DNA from: Candidatus Eiseniibacteriota bacterium
GTDB lineage: Bacteria > Eisenbacteria > RBG-16-71-46
Direction of reading: 5' to 3'
Length of the DNA: 64,000 nucleotides
Assembly: GCA_963707915.1 (NCBI GenBank)
Contig: OY970178.1
Coordinates: forward strand, 2,976,001-3,040,000
Position numbers and translations under genes: made by a program. Of the stretch, positions 37,427 through 47,338 are shown piece after piece. Within the stretch, counting starts at the first letter, position 1. Each line of letters opens with the position of its first letter. Below the pieces are notes generated by a model. The model did no database searches, was not told the DNA's origin, and saw nothing but the letters and a program-made list of their open reading frames with translations.

Positions 37427-39425
37427 CGGGCTGCTCGCGCTGGTCGCGCTCGCGGCGCTCGCCGGGGCGCCGCCCGCCGTCGCCGCGCCGCAGCGCAGGC
37501 CCGCGCGCCCGCCGGTGCCGGCCGTGTCCGCTGCGGCGCCCGCGCCGGCCGCGCTCGCCGCGGACACGCTCGCCGATTCGCGGCTCACCGCGCTCCAGCT
37601 CATCGCCAAGGCCGAGGACCAGCGCGCGCCGGCCGGCGGCACGCTGGCGCGGTATCTCGACGATCCGGACGCCGTGCTGCGCCGCCGGGCCGCGCTCGCC
37701 GTGGGCCGGCTCCAGGACACGGCGGGCGTGGCACTGCTGCTGCCGCTGCTCGAGGACGCGGACGACGAGGTGCGGCGCGAGGCCCTGTTCGCGCTGGGCC
37801 AGATCGGGCTCGCCCACCCCGTGGGGCCGGGGCAGGCGGCGCCCGCGCGGGCGGCCGTCGAGCGGCTGGCCGGAGCCGGCGACTCGGCGACCGCCGACCT
37901 CGCGCTCGAGGCGCTGGGCAAGCTCGGGGACCGGGCGGCGACCCCGCGGCTCGTCTCGTTCCTGCGCGACGCCCCCTCGCCGCTGCTGCGCGGCGGCGCC
38001 GCCGTCGCGCTGTGGCGCCTGGCCGATTCCACCGCGCTCGCCCCGCTGCTCACCGCGCTCGACGACGCCGACGCGGGCGTGCGCTGGCGGGCGCTCTACG
38101 CGCTCGAGAAGCTCAGGAGCCCGGACCCGGTGGTGCTGCTGGCCGCCATGCACGTGGACGACGAGGATGCGCTGGTGCGCGCGTACGCCGTGCGCACGCT
38201 CGGCCGGCAGAAGTCGCCGCAGGGCACGGCCTACGTCCTGCAGAAGCTCGGCGACCCCGACGTGGGGGTGGTGGTGAACGCGATGCGCGCCCTCTCGCTC
38301 ATCGCCGACACGACCTGCGGCGCCTGCCTGCCGGCGCTGGTCCGCGCGCTCGACGCCGGGGACCCGTACGTGCGCGTGACGGCGGCCACCGCGCTGGCCG
38401 ACCGCTTCGCGTGGGTCACCGCCGACACCGCCGCGAGCCGCGCCGCGCTCGACTCGCTGGCCGCGGGTCTGGGGGATCCGGACCCGGCGACGCGCGGGGC
38501 CTGCGCGCGCGCGCTCCTCGCGCGGCGCGGCGCGGACGCGCTGGCGCCGGTCGGTGCGCTGCTCGCCGACTCCTCGGTGTACGTCCGCGTGGCGGTGCTG
38601 CAGGCGCTGGCGTTCGCGCCGGCGGCGGCGACGCCGCTGCTGGTGGAGCGGCTCGGGCCCGGCACGCCGGCGTTCGAGCGCGCCACGGCGGCCGAGGTGC
38701 TGGCCACGCTCAAGGTGGCGGCCGCGGCGCCGGGTCTGCGGAATGCGCTCGCCGACAGCTCCGTGCTGCTGGTGGCCACGGCGGCCGGCGCGCTGGCCGA
38801 GCTGGGCGACTCGGCCGCGGTGCCGGCGCTGCGGCGCGCCTACGTCTCGCACGCGGGGGACGCCGAGGCCGACGCCCGCGCGGCCCTGCTCGACGCGCTG
38901 AAGACGCTGGCGGGCAAGGCCGCCGCCGACAGCCTGGAGCGGGCGCACCCGTCCCCGCCGGCGCGGGCGGTCTACGACTCGGCCTTCTTCGCGCCGCCGG
39001 CGGCGCGCGGGGCGGTGCTGCGCACCACGAAGGGCGAGATCGAGTGGGCCTTCTACGGTGCGGAGGCGCCGCAGACGGTGAAGAACTTCGTGCGGCTCGC
39101 CGGGCGCGGCTACTTCGACGGGCTCGCCATCCACCGCGTGGTCCCCAACTTCGTGATCCAGGACGGCGATCCCACCGGCACCGGGTCCGGCGGTCCGGGC
39201 TGGACCATCCGTTGCGAGTACAACCGCCTGCGCTACGAGGCCGGCATGGTGGGCATGGCGCTCTCGGGCAAGGACACCGGCGGCAGCCAGTGGTTCATCA
39301 CCCACGCCCCGCAGCCCCACCTGAACGGGCGCTACACCATCTTCGCGCGCGTGGTGCGGGGCCAGGACGTGGTGGGCCGCATCGTCCAGGGCGACCGCGT
39401 GCTGGGCGTGGAGATCCTGCCCTAG
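37278..39425 (+). CDS. HEAT-repeat protein fused to cyclophilin-type PPIase (start uncertain)
   Basis: Many D.D..VR..A..ALG repeats; AP.TV.NF, HRVVPNFVIQ.GDP.G.G.GG, GKDTGGSQ.FI, HLNG.YT.F. Confidence 0.85.
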   Translation: MRRDRSLRTASTSTSWWPTAPPARPRTRAGWSSSAVRETPPTRPPARLRSGLLALVALAALAGAPPAVAAPQRRPARPPVPAVSAAAPAPAALAADTLADSRLTALQLIAKAEDQRAPAGGTLARYLDDPDAVLRRRAALAVGRLQDTAGVALLLPLLEDADDEVRREALFALGQIGLAHPVGPGQAAPARAAVERLAGAGDSATADLALEALGKLGDRAATPRLVSFLRDAPSPLLRGGAAVALWRLADSTALAPLLTALDDADAGVRWRALYALEKLRSPDPVVLLAAMHVDDEDALVRAYAVRTLGRQKSPQGTAYVLQKLGDPDVGVVVNAMRALSLIADTTCGACLPALVRALDAGDPYVRVTAATALADRFAWVTADTAASRAALDSLAAGLGDPDPATRGACARALLARRGADALAPVGALLADSSVYVRVAVLQALAFAPAAATPLLVERLGPGTPAFERATAAEVLATLKVAAAAPGLRNALADSSVLLVATAAGALAELGDSAAVPALRRAYVSHAGDAEADARAALLDALKTLAGKAAADSLERAHPSPPARAVYDSAFFAPPAARGAVLRTTKGEIEWAFYGAEAPQTVKNFVRLAGRGYFDGLAIHRVVPNFVIQDGDPTGTGSGGPGWTIRCEYNRLRYEAGMVGMALSGKDTGGSQWFITHAPQPHLNGRYTIFARVVRGQDVVGRIVQGDRVLGVEILP

Positions 39426-39581
39426 GAGCTGGTCCGGGCATTCGAGCCGGGGTCGATCCCGGCACGAGCGACCCCGGGCGATTCGGGATCGACGGCGCGG
39501 GCTGCGCCTCGCAGCGTGTCCCGGCCGGCGCGGGCCGCGGGTGCCGCCCGTGGACCGGGGGCACCCGCGACGACCGGTGCG

Positions 39582-40028
39582 CTACTTGGCGGTGGCCGGC
39601 TTCGCCGCCGTGGCGGCGTGCCGGGTGTGCCCCTTGGCTGCCACCGGGGCCGCCTTCTCGACCTCGGCCTGCTTCGCGATCACCGCCGAGCGGATCTTCG
39701 CGTAGACGTTGCCGGGAACGATGTTCGCGGTGACCAGCTGGTGCTTGGTCTTGTAGGGCCGGCCGGCGATGATCTTGTCGGCGTAGGCCTCGCCCACACC
39801 GGGCAGCGCCACCAACTGCTCCTTGGTGGCCGAGTTGAGGTCCAGCATCTCCTTCCTGGCCTCCGCGGTCTTCGTGGCCGCCGCGTGCTGTTCCATCGTC
39901 GGGGTCTTCATCGCCTTCTCGACCGCCGGGGCCGCCGGCTTGGTCGGCGTGGTGCCGCCCAGGGCGATGGGGGCGGTGAGGGCGACGACGAGCGCGCACA
40001 GCGCGACGGACGGGATGAAGCTCTTCAT
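39582..40028 (-). CDS. Secreted ComEA-like helix-hairpin-helix protein
   Basis: Signal peptide; [34 protein letters not shown]. Confidence 0.88.
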   Translation of the reverse strand: MKSFIPSVALCALVVALTAPIALGGTTPTKPAAPAVEKAMKTPTMEQHAAATKTAEARKEMLDLNSATKEQLVALPGVGEAYADKIIAGRPYKTKHQLVTANIVPGNVYAKIRSAVIAKQAEVEKAAPVAAKGHTRHAATAAKPATAK

Positions 40029-40735
40029 GGTGCTTCTCCACTCGAGGGCGTGGTGAGACACGTCGCCGCGCCCTCGGGGCGGCTGACGCGGGAGCGGCCG
40101 AAGACCGGCTCCGGGCTTTCACGACGGGGGACCGCGCGGCTTCCGGCACGCGGGCGTGACACGGCCACTGCGGTCGGTGGGGCGGGGTCGGTCGGCGGGA
40201 CGGGTGCGGCGCGAAGGGCGGCGGATCGGGGCGAGGGGCCGGATTCGCGCAGGCAGGCAGGACGGAGGCTCGCGGAGCTTGGCGCGGGCGGCGGTCCGCG
40301 GCCCGACGTCACGCGGCCGGCGCGGATCGAGAAGAGGTCCTCCGGAAGCGAGCCGAGCCGTGCCGCGACCGCCGTCCCGGTCGGGACCGCGGTCCAGACC
40401 GGCAGCGCGTCTCCCAGGCGCGACGTGGGCGAGTGGCGGTGTCCGCTCGCCGGGACCGGCACCGTGGCGCGGTGCGAGGCTCGCGGATCGGCCGGGCGCC
40501 GGGGCGAGGGCTCGTCGCGCCGGGCGCAACGGCTCCCGGGTTGCCGCGCCCCGGCGCCGTCGCGGAGATGCGCGCGGCGGTGCGCAGCGTGGTGCGCCCT
40601 CGCCCCGTCATGGCCCGGCTCGGCCTGCATCGCGGGCGGGGCGAGGGGCATCATGGCCCGCGCTACCGGGGCCCAGGCCAGCAGGCCCAGAACCAGCACC
40701 GCCAACGGGTACCCGATCAGGTGATGCCGATTCAC
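40025..40735 (-). CDS. Signal-peptide-bearing low-complexity ORF with internal RGPP motif
   Basis: AGGAAGGA SD before GTG 40735; hydrophobic N-terminus ending ARA; stop overlaps comEA-like ATG. Confidence 0.5.
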   Translation of the reverse strand: MNRHHLIGYPLAVLVLGLLAWAPVARAMMPLAPPAMQAEPGHDGARAHHAAHRRAHLRDGAGARQPGSRCARRDEPSPRRPADPRASHRATVPVPASGHRHSPTSRLGDALPVWTAVPTGTAVAARLGSLPEDLFSIRAGRVTSGRGPPPAPSSASLRPACLRESGPSPRSAALRAAPVPPTDPAPPTAVAVSRPRAGSRAVPRRESPEPVFGRSRVSRPEGAATCLTTPSSGEAP

Positions 40736-41056
40736 CGGTTCCTTCCTGCATGAGCGGAAGCGCGGCGCAGTGGACACCCATCCTGATGCGCCCGGTCCGC
40801 CTCCCGGTGTCAACAGAAGGCAAGCCTCCGCTGGGAAACGCCAAGGAACCGACAATCCTGCGCCCCGGGGCCGGAGGCCGTCCCCGAGCGGGCTGGACCG
40901 GGCGTTCCGCCCGGTCGGGACCGGCCGCCGCGCCGTCCCGCGCCCCGCCGGGCCAGATTCCTGCTGCTGCGAGCCGCCCGCCGGGGTAGAATGAAGGTGT
41001 GGTCACTGCGCCTCGCGTCGTGGCCGCCGGGCGTGTCCGGGGCGAGGAGATCGCTA

Positions 41057-41839
41057 GTGCCTTCATCGCGTCGCAGACCTTGGGTCGTATCGTTGCTGCT
41101 GGCGATGGCGTTCGTCGCCTTCGCGGCGGGCGCGACCCGCTCCCAGCCCGTGAGCCCGGCCGAGCCCTCCCCCCTCCTCTCCGCCAGCGACGGCTGGTTC
41201 GCCGCCGCCGCTACCGTCGGCGTGGCGGCCTCCACGCTCGGGGACGAGTGGGCCTGGCGCGAGTCCCAGAAGTCGCGCAGCCCGGAGGTCCGGAGCTTCG
41301 CGCGCTTCACGCAGCGCCTGGGCGACCCGCGCGTCGTCGGGCCCGCGCTGCTGGCCGGTTACTTCACCGGGCGCATCGCCGGGCTGCCCGACATCTCGGC
41401 GGCCAGCGCCCGCGTCGCCGGTGCCACGCTCGGGGCGGCCGTGCTGTGCGCGGGGATCAAGCTGGCGGTGGGACGTGCCCGGCCGGACCTCGCGCCCGGC
41501 GACCCTGCCGACTTCCGGCCCTTCGGCCGCCTCGACGGGTCGTTCCCCTCGGGGCACACCACCATCGCCTTCGCCGCGGCCGCGGCGATCGACGAGGAGT
41601 CCCAGGCGCGCTGGGTGCCGTGGGTGGTCTACCCGGCCGCGACGGCCGTGGGCTGGGCCCGCGTGCACCAGGACCATCACTGGCTGAGCGACGTCACCGC
41701 GGGCGCTGCGCTCGGGTTCTGGGCCGGCCGCAAGGTGGACCGCATCGAGCGCGGCAGGGTGCGGCTCCTCGACCGCGCGAGCTTCCTGCTGACCGGTTCG
41801 CGCCGCAACTTCCGCCTGGGGTTCAAGACGCGCTTCTGA
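41057..41839 (+). CDS. PAP2-family phosphatase
   Basis: K..VGRARP, SFPSGH, RV..D.HWLSDV; GAGGAG before GTG 41057. Confidence 0.9.
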   Translation: MPSSRRRPWVVSLLLAMAFVAFAAGATRSQPVSPAEPSPLLSASDGWFAAAATVGVAASTLGDEWAWRESQKSRSPEVRSFARFTQRLGDPRVVGPALLAGYFTGRIAGLPDISAASARVAGATLGAAVLCAGIKLAVGRARPDLAPGDPADFRPFGRLDGSFPSGHTTIAFAAAAAIDEESQARWVPWVVYPAATAVGWARVHQDHHWLSDVTAGAALGFWAGRKVDRIERGRVRLLDRASFLLTGSRRNFRLGFKTRF

Positions 41840-41900
41840 GCGGGCCCGGCAGGGGAGGGGCGTCACCCGCGGGCGGCAGGCCGCCGGTCCGCCGGACCGG

Positions 41901-42779
41901 CTAGCGCGCCGCGGTCTCGTCCGTCGCCGGCGGGAAGGAACCGGCGCGCAGGAACTCCTCGATGATGCGCCGCAGCGACCCGGCGACGCGGTCCGCCACC
42001 TCGGTCACCTCGGAGTGGGCCAGCGGGCCCGCGGAGAGCCCGGTCGCGCGGTTGGTGATGCACGAGATGCTCGCGGCGTCGGTCCCCAGCTGGGCGGCCA
42101 GCATGACCTCGTGCACGGTGCTCATGCAGGCCACGTCCGCGCCCACGAAGGTCGCCATGCGCACCTCGGCGGCCGTCTCGTACGCGGGACCGAGCCCGCC
42201 CATCAGCACGCCGCGGTGCAGGTCCACGCCCACGCGCTGCGCCGCCGCGATCAGCGCTTCGCGCAGCCGCAGGCTGTAGTAGCCCCCCACCGGCCGGCCG
42301 GCCCGGCGCGCGACCAGTTCCCCGGGGGTGAAGATCCCGCGCTTGCCGATCGAGTTGACGTGGTCGATCGCGAGCATCAGGTCCCCGGGCCGGAAGGCGG
42401 GGTTCATCGCGCCCACGGCGTTGGTGAACAGCATCGTGCGGGCGCCCAGCGCGTGCATGACGCGCACCGCGAAGGTGACGCGGTCGAGCGTGTAGCCCTC
42501 GTAGCGATGGCTGCGGCCGGAGAGCGCGGCGACCGGCACGCCCTGCCAGTGACCGAGCGCCAGCCGCCCGGCGTGGCCGTGCACGGTCGAGCGCGGCCAG
42601 TGGGGCAGCTCGGCGGTGGGGAAGACGACCGCGTCGTCGAGCGCGTCCACCACGCCCCCCAGCCCCGAGCCGAGCGTGAGCCCGACGCGCGGCACCAGGC
42701 CGGTGCGCGCGCGGATGGCGCGCGTGGCGTCGGCGACGCGGGCGTCGAGGTCGTGCGAGGGCAGCAGGTCATCGATCAT
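41901..42779 (-). CDS. Purine nucleoside phosphorylase (second copy)
   Basis: LGSGLG, V.GH.G, GRSH.YEG, TNAVG, GP.YET.AE, GAD...MST..E, ITN. Confidence 0.9.
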   Translation of the reverse strand: MIDDLLPSHDLDARVADATRAIRARTGLVPRVGLTLGSGLGGVVDALDDAVVFPTAELPHWPRSTVHGHAGRLALGHWQGVPVAALSGRSHRYEGYTLDRVTFAVRVMHALGARTMLFTNAVGAMNPAFRPGDLMLAIDHVNSIGKRGIFTPGELVARRAGRPVGGYYSLRLREALIAAAQRVGVDLHRGVLMGGLGPAYETAAEVRMATFVGADVACMSTVHEVMLAAQLGTDAASISCITNRATGLSAGPLAHSEVTEVADRVAGSLRRIIEEFLRAGSFPPATDETAAR

Positions 42780-42923
42780 GGGCGGGGATTATCCACGCGG
42801 AGGGCCTTCTCGGCAATGCGGGCCGGACCGGCCCGGAGGCCCGGCATCCGCCCGCGCGGCCGCGGCCGCCTGCGCCGTCCTGCTGCTCCCCGCAGCGGTG
42901 CTCCGGAAGCGGGGCGCCGCCGC

Positions 42924-43829
42924 CTAGTGCTCCTCGGGGTCGTACGGCACGCCGACGGCGCGCGGGGCCACCGCCCGGCCGATGAAGCCGGCCAGAGCCA
43001 GCATCGTGACCAGGTAGGGCATCATCTGCAGCAACTCGTTGGGGAAGCGCGAGCCCTGCAGCGTGATCTGCAGCGCCTCGGCGGCGCCGAACAGCAGGCA
43101 GGCCGCGGCCGCGCCGAACGGTGACCACTTGCCCACGATCATCGCGGCCAGCGCGATGTAGCCCCGGCCGCCGGTCATGCCGTCGGTGAACGAGTGCTGC
43201 TCGCTCGCCAGCCAGGCCCCGGCGAGCCCGGCCAGGGCGCCCGAGACCAGCACGCCGGCGGTGCGGTAGGCGTTCACCGAGAGCCCCAGCGTGGCCGCCG
43301 CCTCCGGCCGCTCGCCGATGCTGCGCAGGCGCAGCCCGAAGACCGAACGGAACAGCACCCACTGCGCGCCCAGCACGAGGGCCACGGTGATCAGCACCAG
43401 CGGCGTGGCGAGGACCGGTCCGACGCCGGGCAGGTCCGCGAGGCCCGCCAGGTCCCAGCTCGGCAGGCCCACCACGCGCGCGGAGTTGGACGAGGAGTGG
43501 AAGACCTGCGTGAGCACGAACTTGGTGAGCCCGGCGGCGAGCAGGTTGATCCCGAGGCCGCTGGTGATCTGGTCGGCGCGGGCCACGACCGTGACCAGCG
43601 CGTGCAGCGCCCCGGTCGCGATGCCGGCGGCCAGCGCTGCGGCCACGCCGGCCCAGGCGTTCCCGCTGAAGTAAGCCCCGAGCACGTAGGCGAGCGCCCC
43701 GTTCAGCATCATGCCCTCGATCGCGATGTTGACCACGCCGCCGCGCTCGTTGATGGACGCACCCAGGGCGGCGAGCGTGTACGGCACGCTGATGCGAAGC
43801 GTGGCGGCGAGGAACAGCAGCAGGATCAT
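42924..43829 (-). CDS. Nucleoside/sugar ABC permease (second subunit)
   Basis: ERGGVVNIAIEG.M, DQI.SG..IN, FGLRLR..GE.P.AA...G, GRGYIALAA.I.G.W, PY..T. Confidence 0.92.
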   Translation of the reverse strand: MILLLFLAATLRISVPYTLAALGASINERGGVVNIAIEGMMLNGALAYVLGAYFSGNAWAGVAAALAAGIATGALHALVTVVARADQITSGLGINLLAAGLTKFVLTQVFHSSSNSARVVGLPSWDLAGLADLPGVGPVLATPLVLITVALVLGAQWVLFRSVFGLRLRSIGERPEAAATLGLSVNAYRTAGVLVSGALAGLAGAWLASEQHSFTDGMTGGRGYIALAAMIVGKWSPFGAAAACLLFGAAEALQITLQGSRFPNELLQMMPYLVTMLALAGFIGRAVAPRAVGVPYDPEEH

Positions 43830-43883
43830 GGCCGCAGTCCAGCACGGCGGGGGGGGGCGGTCAAGCGGGGTCGCGGTGGGCGG

Positions 43884-44345
43884 TCAGACGCGGGCCGCCA
43901 TCAACTCCTCGCTGATCAGCAGCGCGGCCTCGCGCACCGCGCACTCGACCGGGTACGAGATGCGCGTGCCGATGCCGAAGTCCGTCCCCTCGATGGCGAA
44001 GATGACCAGCGATGGCGGCAACTGGCCCAGCGAGCGCGCCAGCTCGACCGCCTCGGCCAGGCCCAGGCCGTGCGAGGAGCCGCGGAACAGCTCGACCCGC
44101 AGCGGGCCCCGCGTGGCGTCCAGGCGCCGCACCGTTCCGGCCGGCGAGCCCGAGGACATGGCGTCCACCACCACGACCACCGGCTCGTCCCGCCAGGCCT
44201 CGACCAGCTCCGCGGCGTTGCCGGCGCACTCGATCACCCGGGCCCGCGGCCACAGCAGCGCCCGCACCAGCCGCGCCGTGCGCACCCCCGCGGCGTCGTC
44301 GCACCGGCCCTCCTGGCCGACCCCGATCAGCAGCGGCGTGTCCGT
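43884..44345 (-). CDS. Hydrogenase maturation protease; conserved N-terminus lies upstream of the first canonical start
   Basis: LLIGVG...RCDDAAG, VVVDA, SSH; frame open from ACG at 44345, directly after the large-subunit TAG. Confidence 0.82.
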   Translation of the reverse strand, partial: TDTPLLIGVGQEGRCDDAAGVRTARLVRALLWPRARVIECAGNAAELVEAWRDEPVVVVVDAMSSGSPAGTVRRLDATRGPLRVELFRGSSHGLGLAEAVELARSLGQLPPSLVIFAIEGTDFGIGTRISYPVECAVREAALLISEELMAARV

Positions 44346-45668
44346 CTAGCCCTCCACCCGGCGCAGCTTCAGGAAGTGCGTCGCGCAGGAGATGCAGGGG
44401 TCGTAGTTGCGGATCGCCTGCTCGCACTGCCAGGTGAGCGTCGCGTCGTCCAGGTCGAGGCGGCGCTCGATGAACCGCCACAGGTCGTCCTCGATGGACC
44501 GCTGGTTCTGCGATGTCGGCGGGATGATCCGCGCCTCGGCGATGGCGCCGTCCGGCTCGATGCGATAGCGGTGGACCAGCAGCCCGCGCGGGGCCTCGGT
44601 CGCGCCCACGCCCGTAGCGGCGCGCGGCTCGACCGGCACCGCGGGCGCGGCCGGCGGCTCGTAGGCGGCGACGATGCGCAGCGCCTCCTCGACCGCCCAC
44701 AGGGTCTCGACCGAGCGCACCAGGATGGAGTGGAACGGGTTGCGGCACACCGGGCCGAGGCCGGCGTCGCGCGCGGCCTGCTGGGCGGCCGGCGTGAGCC
44801 GGTCGAAGTTGAGGCTGTAGCGGGCGAGCGGGCCGACCAGGTAGGGCGTCACCGCGCCGGGATCGCCCTCGCGCGGCGCCCGCTTCGCGCTCCGCAGCGC
44901 GTTCGAGTGCTCGGCGTGCTCCTCGACGAAGTGCCGCTCGTACTCGGACGCCGGGATCTCGAACCCCAGGCTCGAGCGGATCCGCCCCTCGTTGATCGGG
45001 TACTCGTCCGGGTGGCGCAGCGCGACGAACTCGTAGTCGCGCTCGAAGTCGGGAAACTCGAAGCCCTTCACCCACGCGAGCATGGCGAGGGCCTGCTCGC
45101 GGGCGCGCTCGAGGGGCTCGACCAGGGAACGCAGCTCGCGTCTCGCCGGCGCGCGGTAGAAGCCGCCCACGCGCACGTTGACCGGGTGGATCTCGCGCCC
45201 CCCGACCAGCGCCACGATGGCGTTGCCGGTCTTCTTGAGCGCCAGCCCGTTCGTCACCCGGGCGGCGTGGTCCTTCGCCATGTGCACGGCGCTCTCGTAG
45301 CCCAGGAAGTCCGGGGCGTGGAGCATCACCACGTGCAGGGCGTGGCTCTCGATCCACTCGCCGCAGTAGAGCAGGCGCCGCAGTTCGCGCAGCGGCCCGT
45401 CCACGGTCACGCCGCAGGCGGCCTCCATCGCGTGGGCGGAGCTCATCTGGTAGGCCACCGGGCAGATGCCGCAGATGCGGGCGGTGAGGTCGGGGGCCTC
45501 GGTGAACCGGCGGCCGCGCAGGAACGCCTCGAACAGGCGCGGCGGCTCGAAGATGCGGAACTTCACGTCGGCCACGCGGCCGTTGCGCACGCGCACTTCC
45601 AGCCCGCCCTCGCCCTCGACCCGGGCCAGCATCGCCACCTTGATGTTCCGGCTCTTACGGTCGCTCAT
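44346..45668 (-). CDS. Group 3b [NiFe]-hydrogenase large (alpha) subunit
   Basis: RVEGEG, L1 RICGICP, EAPRG, L2 DPCISCATH plus short C-terminal extension. Confidence 0.95.
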   Translation of the reverse strand: MSDRKSRNIKVAMLARVEGEGGLEVRVRNGRVADVKFRIFEPPRLFEAFLRGRRFTEAPDLTARICGICPVAYQMSSAHAMEAACGVTVDGPLRELRRLLYCGEWIESHALHVVMLHAPDFLGYESAVHMAKDHAARVTNGLALKKTGNAIVALVGGREIHPVNVRVGGFYRAPARRELRSLVEPLERAREQALAMLAWVKGFEFPDFERDYEFVALRHPDEYPINEGRIRSSLGFEIPASEYERHFVEEHAEHSNALRSAKRAPREGDPGAVTPYLVGPLARYSLNFDRLTPAAQQAARDAGLGPVCRNPFHSILVRSVETLWAVEEALRIVAAYEPPAAPAVPVEPRAATGVGATEAPRGLLVHRYRIEPDGAIAEARIIPPTSQNQRSIEDDLWRFIERRLDLDDATLTWQCEQAIRNYDPCISCATHFLKLRRVEG

Positions 45669-46464
45669 GGGACTCGCTCGCGTCGTGCTCGTGCAGTTCG
45701 CTCGCCTTGCGGAACGCCTCGGCCCCGCAGGTGAAGGTGCGGAAGAGCCGCGCCAGGTCCCGGTGGGAGTGGCCGTGGCCCTCGAGCACCGCGCTCAGGG
45801 AGTCGGTGTTGGCGCTGCCGCGCAGGGGGCCGAAGCAGCCGTAGCAGCCGCGCCCGTAGGCGGGACACAGGGCCCCGCAGCCGGTGCGCGTCACCGGGCC
45901 GAGGCAGGCCTCGCCGCGCGCCACCGTCAGGCACACCACGCCGCGCCGCTTGCAGTCCATGCAGACTGCGTGGCTGGGCAGGAACGGGCGGCGCCTGCCG
46001 ACGAACGCCAGCACCACCTCGAGCAGCTGGTGCTTGTTCACCGGGCAGCCCTGCAGCTCGTAGTCCACCTTGACGTGGTGCGCGATGGGGGTCGAGGTCT
46101 TGAGCGTGTGGATCCAGTCCGGGGTGGCGTAGACCAGGGGCACCCAGCCGCCGACCTCGGTGAAGTTGCGCAGCGCCTGGATGCCGCCGGCGGTGGCGCA
46201 GGCGCCGATGCTGACCAGCACCTTCGAGATGCGGCGCACCGCGTGGATGCGCTCGGCGTCGTGCGGCGTGGTGATCGAGCCCTCGACCAGGGTCAGGTCG
46301 TAGGGGCCCTTCAGCACCGCCCGGGACGCCTCCGGGAAGTTGGCGATGTCCACGGCGCCGGCGACGGCGAGCAGTTCGTCCTCGCAATCGAGGATGCTCA
46401 GCTGGCAGCCGTCGCACGAGGCGAACTTGATGACGGCGAGACGGGGTTTGCGCGGGGCGGCCAC
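45655..46464 (-). CDS. Group 3b hydrogenase small (delta) subunit
   Basis: SCDGCQ, VEGS, GACA..GG, GCP, VC..C....C...CLGPVT..GCGA.CP....GC.GC. Confidence 0.93.
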   Translation of the reverse strand: MAAPRKPRLAVIKFASCDGCQLSILDCEDELLAVAGAVDIANFPEASRAVLKGPYDLTLVEGSITTPHDAERIHAVRRISKVLVSIGACATAGGIQALRNFTEVGGWVPLVYATPDWIHTLKTSTPIAHHVKVDYELQGCPVNKHQLLEVVLAFVGRRRPFLPSHAVCMDCKRRGVVCLTVARGEACLGPVTRTGCGALCPAYGRGCYGCFGPLRGSANTDSLSAVLEGHGHSHRDLARLFRTFTCGAEAFRKASELHEHDASESHERP

Positions 46465-46465
46465 G

Positions 46466-47338
46466 TCACACCTCCCGGACGCCGAGCAGCGACGCCACCT
46501 GGTCGAAGCGGAACACCGGCCCGTCCTTGCAGACGAACAGCGGGCCGAACTGGCAGTGGCCGCAGAAGCCGACGCCGCACTTCATGTTCCGTTCCATCGA
46601 GACCCAGACGCTCTCCGCCGGGACGCCACGGCGCTCGAGCTCGCCCCGGGTGAAGTGCATCATCACCTCGGGGCCGCAGAGGAAGGCCACGCTGTTGGTC
46701 GGGTCGAACTGGGCCCGCGGGACCAGCGTGGTGACCACGCCGACGCGGCCGTGCCAGTCGGCCCCGGCGCGGTCCACGGTCACCTCGACGTTCACGTCGA
46801 AGCGACCGCGCCAGGTCTCGATCTCCTTGGCGAACAGGATGTCCTGCGGGCTGCGGGCGCCGAACAGCAGGTTCACGCGCCCGAAGCGCTCGCGGTGCCG
46901 GAGCATGTGGCACAGCGCCGGGCGCAGCGGCGCGAGCCCGATGCCGCCCGCCACCAGCACCACGTCGCGTCCTTCGGCCTCGCGCACCGGCCACGGCCGG
47001 CCGAAGGGGCCGCGCAGCCCGAGCACGTCGCCGCGCTTGAGGGTCCGCAGGGTCTTGGTCACCCGGCCGGCCGCGCGAATGGTGTGGACGACCTGCTCGA
47101 CCGTGCCCGCGCAGCCACTCATCGAGATGGCGGCCTCGCCCACGCCGGGCGCGTAGAGCATGTTGAACTGTCCCGCTTCGAATGCGAACGGCGGGCCCTT
47201 CTCGACGGGGGCCAGCGTCAGGGTGAAGGCGTCGTGGGTCTCGGGCTGGGTGCGGACGACGCGCCAGGGCGCCGGCTGCATCGGGTCCGTCGCCGTCACG
47301 GCATGGGTGGGGGCTGCGGCCGCGGCCCGCTCACTCAT
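46466..47338 (-). CDS. Group 3b hydrogenase gamma subunit (FAD/NAD(P), 2Fe-2S)
   Basis: GQFNML, RGPFG, GGIGLAP, CGPEVMM, M.CGVG.CGHCQ....C.DGPVF. Confidence 0.93.
   Translation of the reverse strand: MSERAAAAAPTHAVTATDPMQPAPWRVVRTQPETHDAFTLTLAPVEKGPPFAFEAGQFNMLYAPGVGEAAISMSGCAGTVEQVVHTIRAAGRVTKTLRTLKRGDVLGLRGPFGRPWPVREAEGRDVVLVAGGIGLAPLRPALCHMLRHRERFGRVNLLFGARSPQDILFAKEIETWRGRFDVNVEVTVDRAGADWHGRVGVVTTLVPRAQFDPTNSVAFLCGPEVMMHFTRGELERRGVPAESVWVSMERNMKCGVGFCGHCQFGPLFVCKDGPVFRFDQVASLLGVREV

Noticed and set aside
32333..38053. Very long antisense or shifted ORFs (also 3504-6758, 14425-17001, 25316-27892, 43194-45734, 58202-60553)
   Set aside because: Shadows of real genes caused by stop-codon scarcity at high GC; R/A/G/P-rich with no motifs.
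41901..42779. Second PNP as a recent duplication
   Set aside because: Clearly divergent from the 8083 copy; two PNP paralogs are ordinary.
44346..44420. Selenocysteine-type hydrogenase or pyrrolysine readthrough
   Set aside because: L2 motif uses Cys codons, and no pyl or sel genes are in the window; readthrough is kept only as an untested alternative.
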